64,000 nucleotides of DNA from Acidobacteriota bacterium (GTDB lineage: Bacteria > Acidobacteriota > Terriglobia > Acidiferrales > UBA7541), in contig JAJYLB010000011.1 of NCBI GenBank assembly GCA_021788095.1, positions 28,593 to 92,592 of the forward strand, in the 5' to 3' direction. The notes under the pieces were generated by a model. The model was not told the origin of the DNA. It did not search any database and worked only from the letters and a program-made list of their open reading frames with translations. Numbering within the stretch: position 1 is the stretch's first letter; every line of letters starts with the position of its first letter. Of this stretch, positions 20,498 through 29,394 are shown one piece after another. A program made the translations under genes and the position numbers.

Positions 20498-20682
20498 TAT
20501 GACAGTTCGTCAAATCGACCCGGCCCCGGGAGCGGGAACGGACACAGACCTCGTTGCTCACGATGAAGGCGATGACCTCAATGACGTGGATCGCCACAAG
20601 CCGGGAAGTTTCCTCTTCAGCTGCCGCCGGCATGGAGGGAGATTTCACGCCTATCGGGCGGAACTGAGAACGGTTTCCTGCG

Positions 20683-21096
20683 CTAGAGTTGCACTACGGA
20701 CAAGCCGGGGATTCGCTCGAAGTGGCGGACGTTGACCGTCAACACCGAGTAACTGAGCGCCAGTGCCGTAGCCCCTATGAGCAAGTCGGCGAAGGGGATG
20801 ACCACACCCTTGCTCTGCTGCTCTCCGTCGAGTTTTCCGGCCAGCATCGCCGTCTCTTTCGTGTAGGGATAGACCGTTAGGTCTGAGAGCAGTTCATTCA
20901 GGAATGCTTCGCGGCGCGAACGGATTTGCGGTGCCGAGGCGCGGTAGATGCCATGTACCAGTTCGGTCAGGCCCACGGCAGAGAGCGCCGCATCCTGATC
21001 GCCGGTCGAGCGAACGATGCGCTCGATCAGCCGTTCGACGGTCTCCCCGCGTCGTTCCGCATCGATGATGACGCTGGAATCGAGGATCAGTCCCAT
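20683..21096 (-). CDS. vapC: PIN-domain toxin VapC
   Basis: MGLILDSSVIIDAER with the PIN acidic residue pattern. It overlaps the antitoxin gene by 10 nt. Confidence 0.85.
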   Translation of the reverse strand: MGLILDSSVIIDAERRGETVERLIERIVRSTGDQDAALSAVGLTELVHGIYRASAPQIRSRREAFLNELLSDLTVYPYTKETAMLAGKLDGEQQSKGVVIPFADLLIGATALALSYSVLTVNVRHFERIPGLSVVQL

Positions 21097-21368
21097 GCAA
21101 GCGGGTTGAGCGGTTCGCGATGGCTGGCTACAGCGGCCTCTACATCCTTGGCGAAGTCAGGATCGAGCGTGGCCGTCGAGCCGTGCTCTCTGGCGAGGCG
21201 AAGCGATTCCGACAGCCGCCGCACCGCAGGCTCGGCAGGACGCACCACGGCCACGGGACGCGCATCGTGCTCGATCACGATTTCCGCGCCCGCACGCACG
21301 CGGTCCAGCAGCGAAGCGAAGTCGCTCGCCGCTTCCGCTTCCGAGATGTGAATCACGCGCTTGGGCAT
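21087..21368 (-). CDS. Phd/YefM-type antitoxin partner of VapC
   Basis: From the internal ATG at 21368: MPKRVIHISEAEAASDFASLLDRVRAGAEIVIEHDARPVAVVRP. The longer 174-aa ORF has an Arg/Ala-rich, non-coding-looking N-terminus. Confidence 0.7.
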   Translation of the reverse strand: MPKRVIHISEAEAASDFASLLDRVRAGAEIVIEHDARPVAVVRPAEPAVRRLSESLRLAREHGSTATLDPDFAKDVEAAVASHREPLNPLAWD

Positions 21369-21614
21369 AACCAAATTATACACGGGCCACTCCTCTTCGG
21401 CTTCGGCGTCCAGCGCGGCGAAGGGTTCCTCGGCATGTTGATCCCGGCCTCCGAGCGCGGCGGCCCGCCGGGCCGGCAGAAGCCGGCGAGCCGGGGCATG
21501 CTGTTGGCGGGCTGACGCAGTGCGGACAAAGAACGGGGCAGATCGCGCACCCGCATACGCCGCGTAGCGCGGGAGCAGGCTGCGGAAGGCCCTTCGACGG
21601 GCGCCCTGCAAAAG

Positions 21615-22412
21615 TCAGTTTGCCGCCTTCGAGTAAGCGAACTGCCGTTGGCGCTCGAACCAATTCAGTTGGTCGGTGAAGCGGCAGGCTTCGCCGACGA
21701 CGATCAGGATGGGGGCGCGAAGGCCTTCGTTGGCAACTTCCGCTTCGATCGTATCCAGCGTGGCGAGAACCGTGGTCTGCTCTTCCCCGCTCACGTTGCT
21801 GATGGCGGCCACCGGCCGGCTTCCGGGAAGGCCGGACTCGATCAACGCCGCCGCGATTTCCCCGAGCCACTTCCCGCCCATGAAGATCACCAGCGTATCC
21901 ACCCTCGCCGCCAGCTCGATCCAGCTAAGGTCGGGCGAACCGGGGCAACCCGCGCCATGGGCGGATACGAACGCCACCGAGGAGGAAACATCGCGGTGGG
22001 TCAGAGGAATGCCCGCATAGCTTGCGGCAGCCAAGGCCGCGGAGATGCCGGGAACGATCTCGCAGTCGATTCCCGCTTCCGCGCAGGCCAGGGCCTCCTC
22101 GCCGCCGCGCCCGAAGATCATCGGATCGCCGCCCTTCAAGCGCACGACGGTCTTCCCTTCCCGAGCCTTCGAAACCAGGAGCGAGTTGATCTCGTCCTGG
22201 CCGATGGAATGTTTCCCGCAGCGTTTGCCCACATAGATGCGTTCGGCGCGCAGCGGGGCATGGTCGAGGAGTCGGGGGCCGACGAGCGCGTCGTAGAGAA
22301 CCACGTCGGCGGCGCGCAAGGCATCGAGCCCGCGCACGGTGATCAGGTCCTCCGCACCAGGACCCGCCCCGACGAGGAACACCTTACCTGGGTGGTTTCC
22401 CCGCTCGCTCAT
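21615..22412 (-). CDS. cobA: uroporphyrinogen-III C-methyltransferase (SUMT)
   Basis: Motifs GKVFLVGAGPGAEDLITVRGL, VVLYDAL and VVRLKGGDPMIFGRGGEE. Confidence 0.9.
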   Translation of the reverse strand: MSERGNHPGKVFLVGAGPGAEDLITVRGLDALRAADVVLYDALVGPRLLDHAPLRAERIYVGKRCGKHSIGQDEINSLLVSKAREGKTVVRLKGGDPMIFGRGGEEALACAEAGIDCEIVPGISAALAAASYAGIPLTHRDVSSSVAFVSAHGAGCPGSPDLSWIELAARVDTLVIFMGGKWLGEIAAALIESGLPGSRPVAAISNVSGEEQTTVLATLDTIEAEVANEGLRAPILIVVGEACRFTDQLNWFERQRQFAYSKAAN

Positions 22413-22986
22413 GGGTACGCACTCCTTCCAGGAAATCTTCGAGCAGCTTCTTCCGCCCTGGGAGATCGCTCGGAATCTCGAATTTCAATTTCGGGCGGAG
22501 CAGCGCCAAGGCTTCCGTCAAGTCTGCCGCGTTTTCCGGTATCGCTTCGTCGAGCCACGCGCGTAGCCGGCCCGCCAGGAACGGACTCTGCCCTCCGGTG
22601 CCGATGGCGATGGCCAAATCTCCCCGTTCGACGACGGCGGGGGTATAGAAGTTCGAAAGGGCGGGATTGTCGACCACGTTGAGCAGAGCCCCGTGCCGCT
22701 CGGCTTCCTCCGCCACGGCGACTTGCACCGCGGGATCGCTGGTCGCCGCAATCACCACGAAGAATGCTTCGGATACGTCTCCCGGCTGGAAGGGGCGGCG
22801 AACCAGCTCGAGGGTGCCTTCCCGGGCCCACGCCTCGATTTCCGCGCCGACTTCGGGAGCGATGACGGTGACCAGGGCCCTGGCCCGAAGCAATTGCCCC
22901 GCGCGCTGTGTCGCGATGGCGCCGCCGCCTACCACGAGCGCCCGACGGCCGCTCAGTTTCAGAAAAAGCGGGAAAAGCTGGCTCAC
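22384..22986 (-). CDS. precorrin-2 dehydrogenase / sirohydrochlorin ferrochelatase (CysG N-terminal-type, SirC-like)
   Basis: FPLFLKLSGRRALVVGGGAIATQRAGQLL Rossmann motif. It overlaps cobA by 29 nt. Confidence 0.8.
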   Translation of the reverse strand: MSQLFPLFLKLSGRRALVVGGGAIATQRAGQLLRARALVTVIAPEVGAEIEAWAREGTLELVRRPFQPGDVSEAFFVVIAATSDPAVQVAVAEEAERHGALLNVVDNPALSNFYTPAVVERGDLAIAIGTGGQSPFLAGRLRAWLDEAIPENAADLTEALALLRPKLKFEIPSDLPGRKKLLEDFLEGVRTHERAGKPPR

Positions 22987-23036
22987 CGGCCACCTCGATC
23001 TGAAAGCTGTTGCATAACCTGTCTTCGCCCGCCCTC

Positions 23037-23091
23037 AGGGGCTAAAGCCCCTGATTCTCGGCCACGCTTACGGCACGGCTGAAGCCGTGCC
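23037..23091. repeat. hairpin repeats of the same family as at 2801-3076
   Basis: aggggCTAAAGcccct (23037-23052) and ggcacggcTGAAgccgtgcc (23072-23091), in the 248-nt gap between the cytidylate-kinase-like gene and the siroheme genes. Confidence 0.65.
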
Positions 23092-23234
23092 CTACAAAGA
23101 TCGCGGCCATCCAACGACTCCTAATACGCATGCGTCCCCAGGACAACCTTCACGCCGAAACTTGCTTTCGAGCATCGGCTTCAAGTTGCCATAGAGGATA
23201 GCGATCTTTGCCATTCGGCCTCCCGCCGCCGGCC

Positions 23235-24071
23235 TCAGTCCGGGAATTCCGGGAACCGGCGGAGGGTGACGTTCGCTTCCTTCACCCCTTCCACCGTTTG
23301 CGCGATCAGCCGGATATCGTCTTCGCTCGGCCCCACTTTCCGAATGAGAACGCCCGACGTCGCCATTTCGCCGAAGACTTCCACCTTGTCGCCGTCGGCT
23401 TTGACTTCGAACGAGACCGCACGCGACTTGACGTTGGCGGCGAGCGCGACTTTCACCCGGCAAGCCAGGGCGAAGTCGCCGAACTGTTTCCGGACCGTTT
23501 CCGTCGCCTCGTACGCCGGCAGCTTCACGACGGCGCCAATCAGGGTGCAGGCCGTCGGGATGGTGAAGTTCTTGAGATTGATGACCAAGTCGTAGTTTCT
23601 GGGGTCGCGCCAATCGAGTCCGTAGACGAATTTCGTCCACCGCACCCGCTCCTCGTCGAGCGCGGCGATCGACTCCTTCGCGGCGCTGTAATCGAGCCCT
23701 TTCCGGTTCATTAGCTCGCGAATGCGCATGGCCATCGGAGCGATCAGCCGGATGCGGAGCACGGCGGGAAGGTCGTCGAGAAGGAGATGGCCGGCGTGGC
23801 CGTGGTAGATGAGGTTGCCGCCCACGCAAGCGTCTGCCAGCGCGGATTCGAGGGCGACGAGGTAGATTCTTCGATCGGAGGTCATGCGCTCCCAAAACCG
23901 CGCGCTCTTCTCGATTTTGCCGCGCAGCACCTCCTCGGAAGCGCCCAGCTTCTCGGCGGCTTTGACGAGCACCTCGCGCGCCAAAGTGGGGTAACCAAGG
24001 TTCTGGGCCAGGCATTCGGCCAGGGCCATTCCTCCGCTCATCGAGCCGCGCGAAATCGTGATGATGGCCAT
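23235..24071 (-). CDS. cytidylate-kinase-like family protein (degenerate P-loop) with a C-terminal extension, paralog 1
   Basis: The internal ATG at 24071 lies 2 nt after the TSUP stop. The N-terminus MAIITISRGSMSGG lacks the Walker-A lysine. Other motifs: LIYHGHAGHLLL, LRIRLIAP, WTKFVYGLDWRDPRNYDLVINL, plus a ~90-aa extra C-terminal domain. Confidence 0.7.
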   Translation of the reverse strand: MAIITISRGSMSGGMALAECLAQNLGYPTLAREVLVKAAEKLGASEEVLRGKIEKSARFWERMTSDRRIYLVALESALADACVGGNLIYHGHAGHLLLDDLPAVLRIRLIAPMAMRIRELMNRKGLDYSAAKESIAALDEERVRWTKFVYGLDWRDPRNYDLVINLKNFTIPTACTLIGAVVKLPAYEATETVRKQFGDFALACRVKVALAANVKSRAVSFEVKADGDKVEVFGEMATSGVLIRKVGPSEDDIRLIAQTVEGVKEANVTLRRFPEFPD

Positions 24072-24073
24072 CC

Positions 24074-24910
24074 CTAGAGTCTCCTTGTGACGCCGCTGTA
24101 GATCATTTCCAGCGCCATGAGCAGGATCACCGCGCTGAAGAAGAGCCGCAGCGGCTTGGTAGGAACCCGCATGAGCAGCCGCGCGCCGCTGAAAGCGCCC
24201 AGGAACACGCCTAGCATCACCGGCATGGTCAACCCTGGATCGATAAACCCTTCGAACAGGTAGATACCGGCGCTGGCGGCCGCCGTAATCCCGATCATGA
24301 AATTGCTGGTGGTAGTGGATACTTTGTAAGGCAGGCGCATGAGTTGGTCCATGGCCAAAACCTTCACGGCGCCCGAGCCGATGCCGAGCAGGCCGGAGAG
24401 TGTGCCCGCTGCCAGCATCAACGAAAACCCGCCCGTCACATTGTATACCCGGTACGGTTTCCATCCCCCGACGACGGGATAGCGGGATTCCAAGCGGAGG
24501 CGGACGGCCAGCGGGTCGGAGGGCCGGTCGGTCTCCTCTTCCTCCTGGCGGCGAAAAGAGAGGTACGCCGAATAGATCAAAACGAGGCCAAAGACAATCG
24601 CAATCGTGGCGGCGTGAAGGATGCCCGCGACGATGGCGCCGAGGATGGCGCCCGCCGTCGCCGCCACCTGCAGGAACATGCCGATGCGCAGATTGGTGTA
24701 CCCCTCGTTGAGATAGGCGGAGGCCGCCCCCGACGACGTCGCGATCACCGAGATCAAAGAGGCGCCGACCGCATAGCGCAGGTTCACGTGGAAGAGCAGT
24801 ACGAGCATGGGAACCAGAATGACACCACCCCCCAGGCCCGTGAGCGCGCCGATCACCCCCGCGAGCAGGGATCCTAGAAACAGGAACGCGGTGAACTGCG
24901 TGACGTGCAT
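24074..24910 (-). CDS. TSUP (TauE/SafE) family anion permease, paralog 1
   Basis: Two 4-TM halves, with GALTGLGGGVILVPMLV and MRLPYKVSTTTSNFMIGITAAASAG. The conserved central loop is FRRQEEEETDRPSDPLAVRLRLESRYPVVGGW. Confidence 0.85.
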   Translation of the reverse strand: MHVTQFTAFLFLGSLLAGVIGALTGLGGGVILVPMLVLLFHVNLRYAVGASLISVIATSSGAASAYLNEGYTNLRIGMFLQVAATAGAILGAIVAGILHAATIAIVFGLVLIYSAYLSFRRQEEEETDRPSDPLAVRLRLESRYPVVGGWKPYRVYNVTGGFSLMLAAGTLSGLLGIGSGAVKVLAMDQLMRLPYKVSTTTSNFMIGITAAASAGIYLFEGFIDPGLTMPVMLGVFLGAFSGARLLMRVPTKPLRLFFSAVILLMALEMIYSGVTRRL

Positions 24911-24922
24911 TTCAGCGGCCTT

Positions 24923-25765
24923 TCACGCCGCCCTGCCAGATTCCTGCCCGCCGGCGAGGTGGATCGCGACCTTCTTCACGCCCTCCACCGTCATGGCCGC
25001 CTGCCGGATACGGGCTTCCTCCGGCCTGCGCAGCGGCGAGCCGGGTCCGAGGCGCGGAAGCTGCCAGACGATGTCCACTTGGCCATTCTCCGCGCGCACT
25101 TCGAACTCGAAGCAGCGAAGTTCGGAATCCCTGGCCAGAGCGAGTTGGATCCGGCAGAGGAACGCGAACGAGCGCAGACCCTTCTTCACGTTCTCCGTCA
25201 CGGCGTACGCCGGCAGCGCGATGACGGCCGACACCATGGCGCAAGCGGCTTCAATCGTCACGTCGCGCAGATGGATGACGAGGTCGTAGTTTTTGGGGTC
25301 GCGCCAGTCTACTCCGTAAACGAATTTCGTCCATTGGGCGCGTTCGCGGTCCACAAAATCGAGGTACTCGCGAGCGGCGTCGGGAGCCAGTCCCTGCCGT
25401 TTCACCAGCTCGCGGATGCGGGTTTGCCGGGGTGCGATCAGGCGCACCCGCAAGACGCCGGGCAGGCCCTTGAGCAGGAAATGGCCGGCGTTACCGTGAT
25501 AGATCAACTTGCCGGTGACCGAGCGGTCGGCCAGTGCCGACTGCAAAGCGAGGAGGTAGATTCGGCGGTCTTCCCGCAAGGTCTCTACCGCTCCCGAGGC
25601 CATCTGGATCTTTTCCCGCAAGATGTCTTCCGATATGCCGAGCGTCGCCGCCGCCTCCACCAGCACTTCACGCGCCAGGACGGGATAATGCAGCCGGGCG
25701 CCCAGGCAGCGGGCCAACTCTTCTCCTCCACTCATCGATCCGCGCGAAATGGTGACAATCGCCAT
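24923..25765 (-). CDS. cytidylate-kinase-like family protein (degenerate P-loop), paralog 2
   Basis: MAIVTISRGSMSGG, LIYHGNAGHFLL, LRVRLIAP, WTKFVYGVDWRDPKNYDLVIHL. It is colinear with paralog 1. Confidence 0.7.
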   Translation of the reverse strand: MAIVTISRGSMSGGEELARCLGARLHYPVLAREVLVEAAATLGISEDILREKIQMASGAVETLREDRRIYLLALQSALADRSVTGKLIYHGNAGHFLLKGLPGVLRVRLIAPRQTRIRELVKRQGLAPDAAREYLDFVDRERAQWTKFVYGVDWRDPKNYDLVIHLRDVTIEAACAMVSAVIALPAYAVTENVKKGLRSFAFLCRIQLALARDSELRCFEFEVRAENGQVDIVWQLPRLGPGSPLRRPEEARIRQAAMTVEGVKKVAIHLAGGQESGRAA

Positions 25766-25831
25766 GGGAAACCTCCTCGGAGCAAGCTGCCTTTCCCAGG
25801 CTCCGGCTGGGCCAAGAGAGCTGCGCGAGGG

Positions 25832-26209
25832 TTATCCTCGCCCCGCGAAAAAGAGCGCATACGTCAGAAGTCCCAAGACCAGCGCCGTGATGATGACGAA
25901 ACTCTTGTCCCGGCTCAGGAGAAAGAGCAGGCCGGTTAACGCCACGCGGATCAGTTGCACCGCCACCAGGAAGATCAACCCGAGCTGAATCAGGCCCCTT
26001 CCCGACCCCCTCTTCATGTCGTCCCAAATCCCCGCGAGCGATCTCAGGTCGGAAGGCTCTCCCCGAAAGATTCGGTAATGAACCACGTCGGAGCCGTGGC
26101 GCCACAGAAAGATGGAACCACCCGCCAGAACCGTCACCGCCGAGGCCAATACCCCGACGAGCAGAACCATGCCGATCAGCTTTTCCATCCGGCGCATCAC
26201 CAGAGTCAT
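25832..26209 (-). CDS. DUF1634 small membrane protein
   Basis: 125 aa from ATG 26209, overlapping the TSUP stop in an ATGA motif. Four hydrophobic helices (MEKLIGMVLLVGVLASAVTVLAGG ... FVIITALVLGLLTYALFF). Confidence 0.65.
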   Translation of the reverse strand: MTLVMRRMEKLIGMVLLVGVLASAVTVLAGGSIFLWRHGSDVVHYRIFRGEPSDLRSLAGIWDDMKRGSGRGLIQLGLIFLVAVQLIRVALTGLLFLLSRDKSFVIITALVLGLLTYALFFAGRG

Positions 26210-27036
26210 CGCGTCGCACCCTTGTAGATCATCTCGAGAGCCATTAGCAGAACGATGGCGCTGAACAGAACCCGCAGCGGCTTGGCATTCACAAACATCA
26301 AAACCTTCGCCCCCACCACCGCCCCGCCGAACACCCCGAGCATCACGGGCAGCGTCAGGCCGGGATCGATGAAGCCGTCGTTGAGGTAAACGCCCGCGCT
26401 CGCCGCGGCCGTAATCCCGATCATGAAATTGCTGGTGGTGGTCGAGACCTTGTACGGAAGCCGCATGACCTGATCCATCGCCAGGACGTTGACCGCGCCG
26501 GAGCCGATTCCCAGCAGGCCGGACAACACCCCTGCGACGCTCATCAGCAGGAAAGAGGGAATCACGCGATACACCCGGTAACGCCGCCAGCCTCCCAAAA
26601 CGGGGTAACTGCTCTCGAGGCCGAGCCGGAGCGCCAGGCGGTCGGAAGGGCGATCCCTCTCGCTTTCTTCCTTCCGGCGAAAGGACAGGTAGCCCGAAAA
26701 CAAGAGGACGAGTCCGAAAACCATGAACAGCGCCGGCACGGGCACCACCGCCGCCAACAGCGCCCCTCCGATGCCCCCCGCGATACACGGCAGTTGCAGG
26801 AACATCCCCAACCGCAGGTTGGTGTAGCCCTCGCTCAAGTACGCGGCAGCCGCTCCGGACGACGTGGCGATGACCGCGATCAACGACGCTCCGGCGGCAT
26901 AGTGCATCTCCACGTGGAACACCAGGACGAGCATCGGGACGAGGATGATCCCCCCGCCCATGCCGGTCAGCGCGCCGACGGCTCCCGCCGCGCACGATCC
27001 CGCGGCCACCAGGAGCAAGAAAGGAGCCGTAGTCAT
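26206..27036 (-). CDS. TSUP (TauE/SafE) family anion permease, paralog 2
   Basis: Alignable without gaps to paralogs 1 and 3, and shares MRLPYKVSTTTSNFMIGITAAASAG and the DRPSDRLALRLGLESSYPVLGGW loop. Confidence 0.85.
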   Translation of the reverse strand: MTTAPFLLLVAAGSCAAGAVGALTGMGGGIILVPMLVLVFHVEMHYAAGASLIAVIATSSGAAAAYLSEGYTNLRLGMFLQLPCIAGGIGGALLAAVVPVPALFMVFGLVLLFSGYLSFRRKEESERDRPSDRLALRLGLESSYPVLGGWRRYRVYRVIPSFLLMSVAGVLSGLLGIGSGAVNVLAMDQVMRLPYKVSTTTSNFMIGITAAASAGVYLNDGFIDPGLTLPVMLGVFGGAVVGAKVLMFVNAKPLRVLFSAIVLLMALEMIYKGATR

Positions 27037-27082
27037 CGGGAACCTCCGCGCCCTTCGATCCTCGCCTGCATCTTCCTTTCCC

Positions 27083-27922
27083 TCATGGCAGCCAGCGCAG
27101 CACGCCCTTGACTACCATCTCGATCGCCATTGCCAGCACGAGCGTGCTGAACAGGAATCGCAAGAGCTTCGCCCGCACCACCAACAGGAGCCGCGCCCCC
27201 GCGATCGCGCCTGCGAAGATGCCCAGCACCGCCGCCATCGTGAGCACGGGATCGATGTAGCCGTGGCGAACGTAAATCCCCACGCTCGCGGCGGCGGTGA
27301 TGCCGATCATGAAGTTGCTCGTGGTGGTCGACACCTTGTACGGGAGCCGCATCACCTGATCCATCACCAGCACATTTACCGCGCCCGCGCCGATTCCGAG
27401 CAAACCCGAAATGATTCCCGCCGCTCCCATCAGCAGGGAACCGGGAACGACGCGGCGCACCTTGTAAAACTTCCAGCCCCCCAGCACGGGATAGCTGCTC
27501 TCCATCCCCAGACGGATCGCCAAGGGATCGGAGGGCCGATCGGGCTCCTCTTCTTCCCTCCGGCGAAAGGACAGGTAGCTCGAGTAGAGCAGGGTGAACC
27601 CGAAAACCATCATGAGCGCCGGCACGGGCACGTAAGCCGCGAGCATGGCGCCCGCGATTCCGCCCACGATCGAGGTGAGCTGGAGGAACATCGCAACCCG
27701 CAGGTTGGTGTAACCCTGGTGCAGAAAGGTGACGGTGGCCGCGGTCGAGGTCATCGTGACCGCGATCAGGGACGCCCCCGCCGCGTTGTGCAGGTTGACG
27801 TGCAGGAGCAGCACGAGGACGGGAACCAGGAGGATCCCTCCTCCTTCGCCCGTCAGCGCCCCCACCATCCCCGCGGCCGCCCCGCCCACAGCCACCAGGA
27901 ATAAGAACAGCCATGCTGCCAT
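27083..27922 (-). CDS. TSUP (TauE/SafE) family anion permease, paralog 3
   Basis: Same architecture, with the DRPSDPLAIRLGMESSYPVLGGW loop and MRLPYKVSTTTSNFMIGITAAASVG. Confidence 0.85.
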   Translation of the reverse strand: MAAWLFLFLVAVGGAAAGMVGALTGEGGGILLVPVLVLLLHVNLHNAAGASLIAVTMTSTAATVTFLHQGYTNLRVAMFLQLTSIVGGIAGAMLAAYVPVPALMMVFGFTLLYSSYLSFRRREEEEPDRPSDPLAIRLGMESSYPVLGGWKFYKVRRVVPGSLLMGAAGIISGLLGIGAGAVNVLVMDQVMRLPYKVSTTTSNFMIGITAAASVGIYVRHGYIDPVLTMAAVLGIFAGAIAGARLLLVVRAKLLRFLFSTLVLAMAIEMVVKGVLRWLP

Positions 27923-28085
27923 CGCCGATCTCCTGGGCCACTCCCTCGACGGCCGGCCGCCGGCCTATCGGACGAGGGGAAGCCGCTCGAGCGGAGTTCT
28001 TCTGGCCCGCCAGGAGTCCCTGGCGGCATTTCAGCGCTCGCGCTCGGGCGGTTTCCACCTCGTCTCCCTCATGGGCTCGCCGCGG

Positions 28086-29348
28086 CTAGCGCGCTCCGCC
28101 CGTGGCGGCGTTGTGAAGTTTCACCTCGACCTTCTCTTCCAAGTGGTCGTAATACTCCTTCAAGACGGCGATGACTTCCGGCTTGGAGAACTCCGCCGGC
28201 ACCGGCTTGCCTTCGCTCATCAGCTTGCGCAGCAAGGTCCCCGAGAGCAGCAGCCGGGCGCCGCCCTTGTAGTTGCCGTTGTCGTCGATCACCGCCTTGC
28301 TTTCGTGCGGGCAGGTTTTCATCGAGGCCATTGAGCCGCACTCGTAGCAGTAGAACGTCCAGTCCATCGAGAGCGGTTGAATGGCCAGGGCGCCGGCCGG
28401 CACTTCGCCAAAGATCTTCTGGGCGTCGAACGGGCCGTAATAATTCCCTACGCCGGCATGGTCGCGGCCGACGATCAGGTGGGAGCAGCCGTAGTTCTGG
28501 CGGAAGACGGCGTGCAGAAGCGCCTCGCGCGGCCCCGCGTAGCGCATCTCCATCGGGTACCCGCCCTGGATCACGCGGTCGCGGCGAAAGTACTTGTTCA
28601 CCAGGGCGTCGATCGCGCGCACGCGCACGTCCGCCGGAATATCCCCCGGCTTGAGTTTGCCCAGCAGTTGATGGATGTAGACGCCGTCGCACACCTCGAT
28701 CGCGATCCACGCCAGGTACGCATGGGAGTTGTGCATGGGGTTGCGGAGCTGCAAGGCCGCCACCGTGCTCCAGCCGCGCTCCTCGAAGAGCTTGCGCGCT
28801 TCCGCCGGCCGCTGGTAGATACCCGCGAATTCCTTCGGGAAGAAGGATTCGGACACCACCCTCACCGGGCCCGCCAGATTCACCGGGCCCTGCTCCATCA
28901 CCTTCTGCACGCCGGGATGGTTGGGGTCTTTGGTTTTGAAGACTTCCTTGCACTCGCGGTCTTTGTCGATCTTGTACTTTTCGGTCACCTTCATGGTGCC
29001 CATGAATTCATTCGTCTCGCTGTCCCAAAGCGCTACTTCCTCGCCCAGCGCCACCGCCGCGGCTAGGGCCTCGGTCGCGGAAAGCGTGATGGGAATGGGC
29101 CAGAACGCGCCTTTGCGGGAGGCGAGGCTCAGGGTGTCGCAAGTCGATTTCCAGTCCTCGGCGCCCATGAACCCTTCGAGCGGCGTGAATGCCCCGATGC
29201 CCATCATGAGCAGATCGCCGGTCTCCCGGCTCGTCATGGGAACTTTCTTGAGTTTGGCGGCGCGCTGGGTCTCCTCCCGGGCGGCGGCGGGATCGAGCAA
29301 CAGCGGCTTCAATTCCGGACTTCCATGCGGCGGTACGAGTTGGCTCAT
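28086..29348 (-). CDS. sat: sulfate adenylyltransferase (ATP sulfurylase)
   Basis: Motifs [21 protein letters not shown] and the N-terminal PUA-like domain. About 420 aa, as in dissimilatory Sat. Confidence 0.95.
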   Translation of the reverse strand: MSQLVPPHGSPELKPLLLDPAAAREETQRAAKLKKVPMTSRETGDLLMMGIGAFTPLEGFMGAEDWKSTCDTLSLASRKGAFWPIPITLSATEALAAAVALGEEVALWDSETNEFMGTMKVTEKYKIDKDRECKEVFKTKDPNHPGVQKVMEQGPVNLAGPVRVVSESFFPKEFAGIYQRPAEARKLFEERGWSTVAALQLRNPMHNSHAYLAWIAIEVCDGVYIHQLLGKLKPGDIPADVRVRAIDALVNKYFRRDRVIQGGYPMEMRYAGPREALLHAVFRQNYGCSHLIVGRDHAGVGNYYGPFDAQKIFGEVPAGALAIQPLSMDWTFYCYECGSMASMKTCPHESKAVIDDNGNYKGGARLLLSGTLLRKLMSEGKPVPAEFSKPEVIAVLKEYYDHLEEKVEVKLHNAATGGAR

Positions 29349-29394
29349 GGCAAATCTCCTTTTCGCGGAACTGCTTGGGAACTCGATCGTTTCC

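Noticed and set aside
20499-20735. 78-aa plus-strand ORF in the fur-vapC gap
   Set aside because: It has no RBS and no recognisable motif, and it overlaps the vapC 3' end antisense.
23235-24464. 409-aa version of the cytidylate-kinase-like gene
   Set aside because: The extra 131 codons overlap the TSUP1 gene out of frame. The paralog at 24923-25765 starts at the equivalent MAI(V/I)TISRG.
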